A DNA stretch of 64,000 nucleotides, from contig OZ316895.1 of NCBI GenBank assembly GCA_973895155.1, forward strand, positions 1,376,312-1,440,311. Direction: 5' to 3'. The notes below the pieces were generated by a model. It saw nothing but the letters and a program-made list of their open reading frames with translations, did not search any database and was not told the origin of the DNA. Origin of the DNA: Marsupella aquatica. Taxonomy: Eukaryota > Plantae > Marchantiophyta. Shown here in pieces: positions 1-12,634 of the stretch. Position numbers and translations under genes: made by a program. Positions within the stretch are counted from its first letter, which is position 1; the number at the start of each line of letters is the position of its first letter.

Positions 1-203
1 ATGGTTGCATTATTTAACCTATTAGGCAAATGAACATGATTTCTATACAAGCTTGTTACCATCATCCTCTTGTGTTGTTGTAGAGTTTGTATTCCAAAGG
101 TAAAAGGCATTCATGTGGAGGCTATAGTTTTGCAACCAGTTGAATGCATCCAGAGACTGAATAAGAATAGCTTAGGGGGTGGACCCATGCAAGAGTCAAG
201 TGA

Positions 204-548
204 TATTAGGATTTACTCTTAGGTCTAGAGTTATGATTATACCGTAATTAAGGCTAACCTTAGTTGTAGACTTGGTTAGGTTAGTCATGTTGTGCACACT
301 CTATACCTAAGCGGTGTTTGCTTGGAAAGTGGGAACTCAGGCTCATTGTTACGGAGCCAGTTGAGAGATAGGGAGAGTTTGTGTTGTGGATGCTTCGCAT
401 GGTCGATCGACCTAGACTGCAGTAAAGCTCATGTGTGTTCCCGTGGACGTAGCCTCATGTGGAGGTCAACCACGTATCTCTCTGTGTCGACTCTTGTGCG
501 TTGGATGGTTCATGCGCTTGCCGTTGCGATTGTTGTCTATGCTCAACA
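204..548 (+). mobile_element. Solo LTR related to the Copia-A LTR family
   Basis: 345 bp, ends TGCTCAACA. The 3' half is the reverse complement of the Copia-A LTR at 28453-28796. Near-TSD AGTGA/GGTGA; 5' TG mutated to TA. Confidence 0.75.
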
Positions 549-1025
549 GGTGAGTGGGGAGGAAAGGCAAAGGGGGTTAGCTTTAGAAGAACAATTGGAC
601 AAACACTGTGACATTTCCCAGACCAAAACAAGTGGACAATGATTGTATATAACTCCCAGGCCTATGCTGAGCGGGAGGGGCCTTTGTGGGGAATGCAATC
701 AATGGATTCCAAGAGATCAAGTGAACAAAGCTTTACACTACCTTTTGTGGTCTGAACTTTGGCCACAAAATCAGTGTGCATGTCCCCATTCAACCAATAT
801 TCATTGGGACCCGCCAACTGCCATATATGTAGGTTTAGGCAAATAAGTGCTGAAATGGTCACCATTAGTCTTCTATAGTCATGAATAGGCAGCCACCTAA
901 AATCATAGTTGGGATGGCATCTTAGTCTTGAAAAGTAAGACTTGTTCGTCCGCTTGTTCTCGTAGAGCTCCCCTTTCCCCCTCCCCCTTGTCTTGCGCAC
1001 ACATTGCTACACAACATACGTCGCA

Positions 1026-1451
1026 TGTCACACACATCAAAACATAAGCACATTCAAACAAACATAAGAGAATGACTACAAGTGAAACTCATGTCCCACA
1101 TGTCCAAAACGCACAATAATCTTCAATGAATCCGACAGCGATTGGTACCAATCAACGAACAATTAATCCCAAGGCATCTGATCCGATTATAGACGTATGT
1201 CAAGCCCAACGCACCTTGCACTCAAGGAATTAACGTTACATAGAAGGAGCTTTCAGCCACCATAGCCACAACTTGAGCTCCCCTCTCCAAGTCTCAACAT
1301 CAATATATAGCCTTTTGATGCCTCACAATGGGAGAACTACTCTCCACACAAACCTAAACTAAACTGAGCTATTGGCTCATATAGCACACATCCAAAACAT
1401 ACAAACCTAAATAGTACAATATACTACAATATCACCTAGAATTGTGTGACA
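1026..1451. mobile_element. Possible solo LTR of an unrelated family
   Basis: 9-bp terminal inverted repeat TGTCACACA...TGTGTGACA, 426 bp long. No matching TSD. Confidence 0.35.
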
Positions 1452-1620
1452 CCCTAGATGAGTGGATGGTGAGCAGAGTTGAAAGAAAATGGAAGAGATA
1501 ACCAACATTTTCTCCTTTTCTCTTTGCTTCATAGGACATACAAAATGCCTAAAACGATCTGACAATTGAAGGATATTACCATCCAATTTTATATTCTTAT
1601 GTTCATGATAACAGTTTATA

Positions 1621-1644
1621 CCCTAAACCCTAAACCCTAAACCC
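1621..1644 (+). repeat. Interstitial plant telomere repeat (CCCTAAA)3CCC
   Basis: Read directly; abuts the left subterminal region of the CACTA element. Confidence 0.85.
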
Positions 1645-1940
1645 CATTAAACGACTATTCAGTACCGTATAGGACTTGGAAACGACTGGGAAGGACTCCA
1701 GTCCTTTATAGGACTGCGAGTCGTATGTTTTGTTACTATAATCAACTGAGTCCTTTATAGAACTGGTTTATAAGTCGTTTAATAGACTGGATTTTCAGTC
1801 TATTTTAGTCTTTGTGTGGGTAGCTTTGGTGAGTCGTTTTCAGTCTTTTATGGACTGAGATGGTGAATCGTTGGGAACGACTAAAAAGGTTATGGAGGGT
1901 AGTCTTTAAATATACTTTGTGGGGTATGTATAAGTCTTTC
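1645..1940. repeat. CACTA left subterminal repeat array
   Basis: Many short direct and inverted ACGACT/AGGACT/AGTCGT/AGTCCT/AGTCTT motifs. Confidence 0.65.
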
Positions 1941-2440
1941 ATGTCAACTGGATATGAGTGATGAAGACCCCACTATACTACTTGGAATGAACCCACTCTT
2001 GTGCACAAATAACATATTGCATTCATGTTTTATTGTGTACTTGAATTAACTCACTCTATAAGTTCACCATTCATCATGTTAACATTAGAATACATAGTTT
2101 CAGAAAGCCATCTTCTATACCATGTACACTAATATGAATTCACAGATTCAAACTTCATAGACTACAAAGAAGGTCACAAAGTATTCCTCTATACCATACA
2201 CACTAATACTGAAATGATACAAAACAGATTCAAGTATCATAGACAATCACCATAGAGCCATAGTTTGACATCAATCAATTGTTTCATACATACAGAATTC
2301 AGAAATATCAATGTCACACACAACGGCTCCTTCATCCTCTTTACCAAATGGAAAAATTGGTACAGATATTTCTTGGATCTTTCCAAGGCAATGTCAAAAT
2401 GTGACACAATTCACATGATTCTATCTACACTTGCATTCAG

Positions 2441-5400
2441 TCACTGCAGACTAACACACTCTGATGGCCAGAGCACAAGAGATCCTACTGCATCTGCAAT
2501 TATTTCCTAAGGTGGATCATCGTCTCTATTCGGAAATGGCAAATTACAATCAGATACAATCACTGTAGTCAACAACACTACTACATGGTCATCCGGGACC
2601 ACTTTGCCATGGAATTTTGCATGATCCGGTCGCAAAATGCCTGTACCCACACATACCTGCGAGTCATCCTCCCATGATAGAAGATTATGGACTGGCTCTA
2701 CTGTGGCTATCACCTCCACCTTACCCTGGCTGTTTTTCTTGGCTTTCCTGGGTGGCTTATACATGACATTATTCATACCTTGGTTGCGAGTCATGACTTT
2801 GGCACGAGTGTTTTGTGCTGGTGATCGAGAATTGGCTACACTCTTCTTCAAAGAATCTGCATCCATATTTGACACTTCTGATTGTGTAGCAGGATTTCCC
2901 TGCGACATCATCTCAGTATCTGCCAACATTGTACTTGCCTCAATTGAAGCATCTACAATCTTACTTGCATCCAATGTTGCTCCCAAGTTTCGACGTCGCT
3001 TCACCCTGCTCCCACTTGGTTGAGAGTCTGTCAACTCTGCATCAACTACAATTCAGTGTCATGTCCAACATAAGTGAATCACTCATCACATGTGCTAAAT
3101 GTACATGTCACCAACCACAAAGTTGTCACTATCTCCTTACCATTATGAACAGCCTTCTTCCCCTTCTTTGCCATTGCCATATGCTCCATGTCTGCTTCTG
3201 TTGATCAATAAACACACCACAATATTCACGTTGAATCTATTAACCACTGAATTGTTGCTCAACATTCATATAGAGGAATTTAAAGCATCAGCTTACCTGA
3301 TACCTCCTTGGCTATGGTCACTGAGGCACTGGGCACATCTTCTTCATTATTGCTCTTTGAATCACCTGATACATCAATCATGATGTCACTTCAGATCCCA
3401 GTTCATCCAACCAGTTCTTACAGAAAAGATTACCTCCAACCGGGTTAAGCTTCACAAAACTCCATGCACTTTTCAAATGTAATGTACTGGATCATAGCAG
3501 GTTACCTGTCTCAGCAACCTTCTTGCCCTTCTGCTTACTGATTACAGGGTCCTTCTCTGCCTCCACTCTTCCTGCATTCAAACCATTCACTCAATTCATG
3601 AAAACTTACTTCTAACATTTGAACATAGGACACAATGAACAATGGGCCGGTGTCATTTCCATACCTGTGTCAGATTTGCCAATTCCCTTTTTTGTTAACA
3701 AGGGCACACTTTGTACAATGTTGCCCTCATTGTTTGGTTGGGAACCACCCAATTTTTCAATCACAAGCTTGAAATTAGATTCCACTGATGCAAGAAGGTT
3801 CGCTACAGATGCCTCCACAATATCCAAACGATCAGCCAATTTACTTTCCACTTGAGGGAGTCCACACTCTAATGACTTCAACCGTTCACACATCTCTGTG
3901 AGAGTTGTAACAGTTCCCTGTCATAACACAGCTTACATATCTCAGATAACTGTCCCCAAGAACTGGTTGCTTACTTCCTACTACATTTCTTTCTGATGCT
4001 CAAGGCCAAATAGTCACAGAACATACAGAATTACAACATAATCACCTGTTTGGAAGTTACACTTGTCACCTCACTCCTTTGTTTCATGAACTCCTCTCTC
4101 ACTTCTTGTGCTGATGGTTCTTCACCTGTCAATTTCTTCTGCAGTCCACATCAACATACATATGAATGAAACCAAGTGTTGATTGTCAATGAAAATGTAA
4201 TAATGGTAGCAAGATGATAAGTTTGAGGCTTACTATCAGGCATGTCACTGCCTTACCAATTGTTCTTTCACTGGAGCATAACTTCCTCTCCCAGCCTGTG
4301 AAAGGTGTTTCACTTTGCCTCGAGCATTTGACATCAGTTCACTCTTGCTCTGTCCAGCCTCCGACATGAACCCTTTGATTAACCGTGTCCATTGATCCAG
4401 TTCCAATGATGGGGGTGGTGGCATTCTCCTGTTAGAACCATTGTCTATCCACGTCCTTTTCAACCTATGCCTCTCTTGTTTCAAAATCCTCATTGCATAA
4501 TCTGATATGCAATCTTCAACTGGGCCCTTACCATCATTACCAACATACTCCCACCGTTCAAGAATGTCCTTGCAGATAGCAGCCCAATCAGCTTTGTTCT
4601 GACTCCTAAACTCTGTAATGCTCAAATCTAACCAACGCAATACTTCTCCTCTTAGGTCAGAATGCCAACGGTTCTTACCATCACATGTGGGAGTTATCCA
4701 ACCTTCGGAATTCACTTCTACTTTACCAAATTTGTTACTGTCTCCTGCCTTGGTACTCCCTGAAGCGCTACTAGGTGTCCCTCCACGGCCTGGGGTCCCT
4801 CCACGGCCTGATCTCCCCCCACGGCCTGGATTGCATTGTCCAAACCTCCTTGGAGTCCCTGCACATTTACAGGATCCATTTACAGTCACTTACATTAGGT
4901 AAGTATGAATCATAAATCCCGCTGCCAAATATACAGTGGACTTCAGAGCAATTCTGCAATGACCAAGTTACCTCTCCCTTGGCGCATAGATGGTTCTGGA
5001 CCACCTGTCCTATTGCTTTGTCTTGATGAATTAGGGGCGTTTCTCCCGCCTGTGAATGATTGCCTCCTATCTGAACGTGGATGGCCTTTGTTGTTTTCGT
5101 GATTGTCCCAATCAGAGTCTGCATACCAACAGGTACATGCCACACTCATGGACCTGTAAGATAAACTCTTTGCCCTAGCTACACATCAGATAAGTGCATA
5201 TTGAGCTAAATCTCTACTACCATCACAAAATCACTAGCACAAGGCACTTACTTGTCCAATCATCCTCCTCACCTTTCTATTGCCCTCTGTACCCGTCTCT
5301 ACCACGCTCTGGGTGTTCATATTCATCCCATCCATCTTCTGCTCCATCATAGTCATCATCATAATTATCAGGCGTCCCTTGCCAATAACTCTGGCTCCTT

Positions 5401-5620
5401 CTAGGGTATGGATTATGTGATTTCTCTCTAGCTGCCCACCTACCTGGGACTTGATGAGGGCCCTGTGCATCTTGCACAGGTGCATTTTTCTGTGAGCCCC
5501 CTGCATCTGGGTCTCCATCCATATCCAATCTTTCCTCTTCACCCTACTCTCCAAGCCCCATGTCTGTCTCCATGTCATCACCCTCTTCCCCCATAGCTTC
5601 TGCACAGCACCCACAACCAA
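2441..5620 (-). pseudogene. TnpA-like (Ptta/En/Spm and Tnp1-like domains), multi-exon; exon limits approximate
   Basis: 4245-4889 has RHRLKR..PPP..QW..LI...SE....S..M...R...GRGSY. 2507-3034 has FHG..VP..V..V.....LPFP and continues past an in-frame TAG (2507-2509) as EIIADAVGSLVLWP to TGA at 2441. RGG repeats near 4780-4830. Confidence 0.75.
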
Positions 5621-5771
5621 ACAGGGAGAATCAACACACTAAATTCAAAGTATCAATCAATTTCATGCATATCCAACTATCCTAAACATCATTCCAGGCA
5701 ACAATTCCCGTTCTGTGACTCTGTGCAGGTAGTCATCCTCAACCTCATACTTGCCAATCGCCAGCTGTTGC

Positions 5772-8700
5772 CTATTGCAAATCATCAACCTCATCATATT
5801 CCATTTGCCCAGGTTCATCATATGTCTCTCTCAATGTTAAGGGGATGTAGTCAGTCCATGCCCGAGTTGGAAGTACAGTCTCATGACTAGGATGCTCGAA
5901 TGCAGCATGGTCATCCAAACTGAACTCTACTTTACTTCCATCCATCCGCTTGTTCCGTGCTTGGCTATGGCATACCACCCTCCAGCCATGTGACTCCTCC
6001 ATATCTGCAAAGAAAGCCTGTTCAACTTGGCTAGGGAAAACAAAAGGCTCAGACCATTCTGGTACTCTGGACCTAAAATTGGCCAACAAGAACCCATCAT
6101 GATCACGCTTCATGGTGGCCCTTGGTCTCTGCCACTCTGATTTCACCCATGATCCCTTCATCAATATCACTGGGACACTTGTGTTACCATAATTCAACAC
6201 CCAAATGTCGGTCAACTCCCCCACGTAACCCATCTTCATCCACCCCCTCTGTTCTTCAGAGGTTCTCTGCTCAAACACAGAAATCAAACCACAATCATAT
6301 GATACACAATGGTCACCCTGCTCATCCCTCACTCGATAATGATTTCCATAAGCTCTCATCCGTTTGTAGGTCAGAATAGACAATCGTGGTGGCACAGATA
6401 GAAGATACAAATCCTTCTCCATATCTGGGTGATGTCTACTATGCTCTCGAATTGTCACCCGAATCCACTGCTCGAACTGTGGGAAGGGATCCTGCTGCCC
6501 AGAGTGTGCAGCTTTTTGCATATCATATTCCCTGCAATATGAGGTACAGGCATAGTTAGTCTAAACAACACATGACAACCTAAGATCACCCTTGGAACAG
6601 ACAAGAAGCATCACAACAAAGGCAAGTCAATTCAATCACTCACCTCCACCATGGTTGCATAGGCTCTGTGTTTGCCAGCACATATGAATGAGCCTTGTCT
6701 CGAATCGCAACAGGCAGCTGAACAGCACGTCCCACACCTTCAACAACCTCGCCACTCACTCCATCATCTTCACCAGATTTCCAAACTCTTGTCATAGCTT
6801 CACCAGACCCAGCCATGTACTCTGTTAGGAATCCCAACGTCTCATCCTTAATGTACCCCAATGCCATGGAAGCCTCTGGCCTGTAGTATGTTCTCACATG
6901 ACCTTTCAACAACTTCATGTATCGCTCCATAGGGTACATCCATCTGGTACTGACTGGCCCATACTGCCCTAGCTCTTCTACCACATGGATTAGGAGATGA
7001 GTCATAACATCAAAGAAAGCAGGGGGAAGTATATCTCCAAGTCACAGAGGACATAAGCAGCATCCTGCTTCAACTGCTCCAATCCTTGGGGATCCCACAC
7101 TTTCACACATATACGGCGAAATACATTGCACAGTCGAAGAATGACATTACGGACTGGTTTCTGCATGAGACCTCTGAGGCATAGGGGCAGAATGTGCTGC
7201 ATCAACACATGGTAGTCATGTGTTTTCATACTGCCAAGTTTATTCTTTGTAATATGCTTCTTGAAGGCACCAGCATAGCCAGAGGGCACTTTCAGACAGC
7301 TCAATCTATACAAGAATGTCTTCCATTCATCCTGTGTGCACACATAGGGAGCTTGGAACTTGAGAAGTACATTGGGATTGCTTGCATGGGGCTTCAACCA
7401 AAGGTGAGGGCGAATCCCCTTCTGTTGCATATCAGCTCGAACTGCTCCTGTATCTTTCTCACCCGACAAGAACTTCAGCAAGCTCTCACAAATATTTTTC
7501 TCAATGTGCATGACGTCCACATTGTGTTTGCTGGGCTCGAATTCCTGCACTCCACAAAGCAAAGAATTCAACAACAGAAACACTAATTAACCACATAGGA
7601 GGATTGTAACCAACATCAATCCACCATTGCTCCAATCTAAAATTGCAATCATACAGGGGCTGGAGGCTAAGTACATTACCCTCCAGTACTCCAACTCCAA
7701 GTCCATCAAGGTCTGTCTTTTCACACCGTGTTTCACCACTGGATCCTTAGGTTCTCGATCAGTGGCACTTCTCTTGTCCCAATCAGCCTTCCTGGCTGCC
7801 CACCTCAGGACTTGCTCTCTGGTGACCCTCTGTGGTGGGCCACGAAGCTCTGTTTTGTTGTTGAAGTGTGCAATTTGAGACCGTGTGTGCCTGTAAGGAT
7901 GATCAACAGGCAGATACCTTCTATGCCCCTGAAATTTCATACTGTGCAGGGCATGCGACCACTAACTTGTCACATTTTTCCCACATGGTGTGCACCCCAC
8001 ATAGCCCTTTGTCACTCGTCCAGATATGATGCCATGGCCTGGGTAATCTGCTATATCCAGCAAACAAATTGCATGCAGTCTAAAGGGGCTGGGTCGAAGA
8101 AGCCCCTTCAGAACATCATGGGTTAACACCCCTTCTATCCACAAAGTCTTCCACTCTTCCACTGCTGGAGCCAACATGATATCTATGAATTGCTCGGTCA
8201 CAGAAGCTGGTCCAGGGATTAACAGCACCATCATGACAAAAAACCTCTTTGTAGTCATCCATGGGGGAAGGTTGTAATTTAGCAGCGTAACCGGCCAACA
8301 TGAATAACGGTTGTTTTTGTCTCCAAATGGGTTTACTCCATCCAGTGATAGACCAAATCTAAAGTTCCGCTTCTCTACAGCAAACTGTGGCCACCTCTCA
8401 TCAACAAATTTCCAATGGTTGGAATCTCCAATGTGACGCTGCAGGCCATCACTGCTCTTGTTATCAGGAGTCCATGTCATCAGCTTGGAAATGGCAGGGC
8501 ATCTAAACAGATGTTGTAGTCTAGGAATGAGAGGAAAATGACGAAGAACCTTGGCAGGGTGTGTACATTTCCCTACATTTTTGTACCTGTGCTTACCACA
8601 ATGAGGGCATGTCAATTTATCTGCATGCTCTTTGCGAAAGAGAACACACCCATCAGGGCATGCGTCAATAGACACATAGTTCAGCCCAAGGTTAGACATC

Positions 8701-9482
8701 AATTTCCTAGCCTCGTACATATTTTTTGGAATTGAATTACCATCTGGTAACACATTTCGGCGCAGGAAGGTCAACAACTCTGTCACAAATATATTGGGAA
8801 CATTGTGATTGCCAGAGATGTTCAACAACAACACGACAAAACCCAGCTTGGAGCAGTTCGACCCCTCGTAGATAGGAATGCAAGCTTCTTTGATGTGTTT
8901 TGGGCCCCCAAACACCCACTCCCTCTCTGCTGCACCTTCCCCAATGTCAAAGTCAGGTTCAGCTTGGCCGTCGCCAATGTGTGGCTGCGGTTCATTGTCC
9001 TCTTCTGATTCCACTGTGTCGTAAAAAGCATCAAGGTCTTCAAAAATCTCTTGAACCATTCTTGGGACATCCATCCCACCGTCCTCAGTGACTGCCTCTC
9101 CATCTCCATCTTGGTCATCCACGTTCTCATGTTGGACCCCAGGACCATCCTCTGCACAGTCTATGTCCTGCTCTACATAGTCTCTATGCCTAGCTGTATT
9201 AGAATCCACAAAGTCAGCTCTCCACTCTTCATCAGAGGAGTCTTCTTCTGCTGGTACATTCCAAACCCTCCACCGAGGGTGCCTTTCATGCCGCAGCAGG
9301 TGAAGGTGCACAGTGTTCAAACTCAACGACTTGAATCCTTGGCACTGTGTGCATGGGCATCTCATCCTCCTACTCCTACCTTGGGCGGCCCGGGCTTGTT
9401 CACACATCCACAATTTAGAATCATGATGCCTAATCCTAAATGGGTTGTGAAGAGGCAACCTTGGAGCCATCACTATACACAC
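5772..9482 (-). pseudogene. TnpD/Tnp2-like CACTA transposase (Transposase_21, DUF4218, DUF4216)
   Basis: Motifs CPC..C, IDACP.GC.LF, DGVNPF, SCWPV, DYPG, DVMHIEKN, KTHDYH, WMYPMERYM, EPFVFPSQ. Introns 7545-7679 and 6532-6643. In-frame TAG at 7962 and 1-nt deletion in a C run near 7022. Confidence 0.93.
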
Positions 9483-9796
9483 GCACTCAGCACCCTGTCA
9501 TTTTATTATGCAAGTGAAAAATACACTTCCTGTTAAGGATTTCACCCCCGACTGTACTTGCCAAAATACGTAACGTTCCAAAAAAACAAAAAAACAAAAA
9601 ATATAGGTGTCTGAGTCATGTACCTATTCTCAAGTGAATGAGACAAAATTCCTAAATGTTTGAGGGTGTCAACTCCTCCGCTGTCCTCACATGTACTGCC
9701 TCTGCACGTACATCCATGACCATATCAGAGTCCAATCATGTATAGTCATAGACACAGGTGCCAGGTGCGAGACCGGTGTGAGATGTCCTCATCTTA

Positions 9797-10366
9797 CTAC
9801 CACATCAAATACGGATACCAATCCTGTTGTCGATGCCACTCAGCCCTGAGGTACTCAGGCATGTACATTAAGTCATCAAGGTCTAAACCCTGCTCATGCC
9901 ATGGTGGTCTTCGATCCGTGCCTACAAGCAGTGGCAGCAGTGCCCTCCATGGTGCACATGTTGCTACCAAGTCCCTCCACTGGGTACTAATTAGTCTATA
10001 TTTGCAGATATCTTGTGCGCCAGACACCACAAGAACCCTCGGCCAGACATGTGCAAGAACTATATCATCTGCCAAATCAGGCAACAAGGAACCACCTACA
10101 GCATCGTGCTTGTCTAACTCATCTGCTGAAAAGTAAATATCCTCTTCCGACTGTGCATCCTCATTCACCACAGCATTCACAACACATCCAAGGTCTGCAG
10201 GCATTATCTCGGATGGAGCTACACTCTGTCTGGTTACCAATCCACACAAGTAAGCCCAAGCAGTAGCCATGCACGATGCAACCCGTAGGAGGACCCTACA
10301 TAGGGCCTGACGGTCTGGAAGAGGCAGCATACCCACCAAAGTCTTCAGCCAAACAGAGCCCAGCAA
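9797..10366 (-). CDS. F-box domain protein (CACTA cargo)
   Basis: SLLPDLADDIVLAHVWPRV...CKYRLISTQWRDLV fits the F-box consensus. Start codon uncertain. Confidence 0.6.
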   Translation of the reverse strand: MLGSVWLKTLVGMLPLPDRQALCRVLLRVASCMATAWAYLCGLVTRQSVAPSEIMPADLGCVVNAVVNEDAQSEEDIYFSADELDKHDAVGGSLLPDLADDIVLAHVWPRVLVVSGAQDICKYRLISTQWRDLVATCAPWRALLPLLVGTDRRPPWHEQGLDLDDLMYMPEYLRAEWHRQQDWYPYLMW

Positions 10367-10506
10367 GTAGATTCACAGTCACACCCCACGCAGCAGGAAA
10401 CAACAATCACTCCAACTGCGACCAACCATGACAAGATGAGTTAGTTCAAGGATCACATTTATTACAAAATTGTGATTTATACAAAAATATGAGGGACTCC
10501 TACTCC

Positions 10507-11355
10507 TCACTCTCTCCCACCTTTGCTAAGCATACATCTCTGCTGAATCTTGGAGGGCCAGGCCTCAAAAATATCAAAGTCCCAAGCATTCTGTCGCTTC
10601 CCTCTAGCTGCTGATTCCAGAAGCCAATCAGGGGAAAGCACCCAAAGATTGTTGTTCATGACAAAATCACGCACTGTTGTCTTAAAGAATTTTCTGCATA
10701 TTTTCATGTATGACAGACCTACAACATGAGTGGAGGTTTCTGTTAGACTCTCCTCCACTGTCCCACCTAGCTCAACAACGATAGACTTGTACAATCTGCA
10801 CTTAGTCTCCCCAATTCCTTCTTCTGCAAATATCACACTGAACCCCTTCATAATGGTATTTCTCTCCTTGCCATGCTCATTCAATATAGCATCTGCACGC
10901 ATAGGATGGTGTCCTATGTTGACAACAGGTCCATATTGGACAGAAGCAAAGTTGGGTTTCTCTGTCGCTGCTTCATAGGCTTCCTTTTCAGCCAAAGCCT
11001 CTGCAGTGGCCTCCTCACTCTCCCACAACTCATATTGCTCAGTACTCTGTACACACCTATGTTTAACAGAATCGGTCAGCCAAGAGACTTCAACTACTTT
11101 TAGACCTTGGTTGGTAATGGCAGAATCAATGAAGGACCATGACCAGTTGTTCATCACATCCAGCCATGTCCCCGCAACAACATGTGTAGTCTGTGGAGTG
11201 ATGTCCTTGACTTCAGTCCCATGGAACTCTGAGAATCATTTTTGTACGATTGGCCAACTCACTTGGGTGAACCCATAGTGGCCAGGAATCAAAATGGCTT
11301 TGATTCCAGCCAACAGAGGCGGGTGATCAACCTTTGTACGTTTCCTAGAGGCCAT
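10507..11355 (-). pseudogene. Tandem BRCT domain protein (CACTA cargo), one in-frame stop
   Basis: ATG at 11355 (MASRKRTK). BRCT1: LAGIKAILI..HGTEV..TTHVVA..KVVEVSWLTDSV. BRCT2: MKGFSVIF..LGGTVEE..THVVG..LSPDWLLES. TGA at 11236-11238, probably from CGA. Confidence 0.8.
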
Positions 11356-11953
11356 GTACACACGGGCCACCTAATCACTGCAGACCGGAAGATAATGCGT
11401 TCACCTGATAATCGGAGGGCCCTTAAAATGCTGCGTTTATAACTTGGTCCAGTCCAGTCGTCTGGTGAGTCTCTGCTCCGATTCCAAACGGGAGAAATAT
11501 TGGGACAAACGTACTAGACACCTGCAAGCATGCACCTCATAGTTTGAATATGTGCCTTGACAATATTGAAGGTGACAAGTGCAATTGTTTTGTGATGCCA
11601 CATACAGATGTTGTAAATGGGCAGACATTCAATGAGAATAGAAAATGTTGGTACACTTTAAGGGAATTCTCGCAAATTAAATAGCCTTGTAACTTATATG
11701 CTCATAATGAGAAGTCCTGATTTAATTTAAGCAGTGTCATGTAAGTCGTGATCAAAATGATTGCAGAGTTAAAAAAGTTCCTAGAAGGCTTAAGGGGAGT
11801 TTTTGAAGGCATGTACCCAGGAACAAGTAATGAACTTAGGGTACTTGTTGCCTAAGCATCCTCTCCTACAGAGGTCCTTCTTCTCAAAATTGGAATGTCT
11901 GCAATCTCCAAGGTATCCACATCAGGTGCACTATGCATGTACATTATTCAGGT

Positions 11954-12634
11954 TCAAAGCCAAGAAATGTGATCTCTCATGGGAGTGTGCAAAGTAGGAT
12001 CTATGGCATGGCGATGACAATAGAAGATCCATCGATCAACACCATGTGCAGAGTGATGATAGATGTGTCTGTCACAAGCATAGCCTTCTGCTTGACGCTC
12101 CTTCAAACAATGAAAGTGCCACATGGTGGGACACCTAACACAGTGGACTATGTCCACCCAGAAATCTTCATCGTGCTGACCACATGCCTTGCACTTATGA
12201 AGTGGGCAAGCTGTGGCAAGATCGGGCAAACATGAAAAACAAAAGAACCTCACACAATATCTGTCAGGGCATTTCCTAACAAGTGGTGGAGCATCAACAG
12301 AGCCCTCATAAGACCCCAACTTCCCACACTGTGCACACTTAGCCTGCTTCTCCAAACAATCAGTGCACATCCAGCCTCCCTGGTGTGCTGACGGGAGGCC
12401 CACCCCTGGACAGTTGTTTTCTGCAGCAAGGTCAGACTCTGGGTTGAGGTGGAAATGCCTCATGCAAGGGCCCTCACATATGGCTAAGCCACCACCATCG
12501 TCACAAATGGCACAACAATGAGCTGCCTTCTGGAAAATCTGACTTGCGGAGAAGTTACTACCATCTGGCCCAACTACACCTGTGTTGCTCACCTCTGTCC
12601 CCCGCTTCTTGGCTCGGATTTTAGGGCGTGCCAT
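11954..12634 (-). CDS. EDM2/NSD-like composite PHD-finger protein (CACTA cargo)
   Basis: Intact 226 aa ORF: CAICDDGG.L..CEGPCMRHFH...W.C.DC...C..CGKLGS...V.KC...C.RFF...CPLHKC..C...C.RCP..WH..C. Basic NLS-like N-terminus. Confidence 0.85.
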   Translation of the reverse strand: MARPKIRAKKRGTEVSNTGVVGPDGSNFSASQIFQKAAHCCAICDDGGGLAICEGPCMRHFHLNPESDLAAENNCPGVGLPSAHQGGWMCTDCLEKQAKCAQCGKLGSYEGSVDAPPLVRKCPDRYCVRFFCFSCLPDLATACPLHKCKACGQHDEDFWVDIVHCVRCPTMWHFHCLKERQAEGYACDRHIYHHSAHGVDRWIFYCHRHAIDPTLHTPMRDHISWL

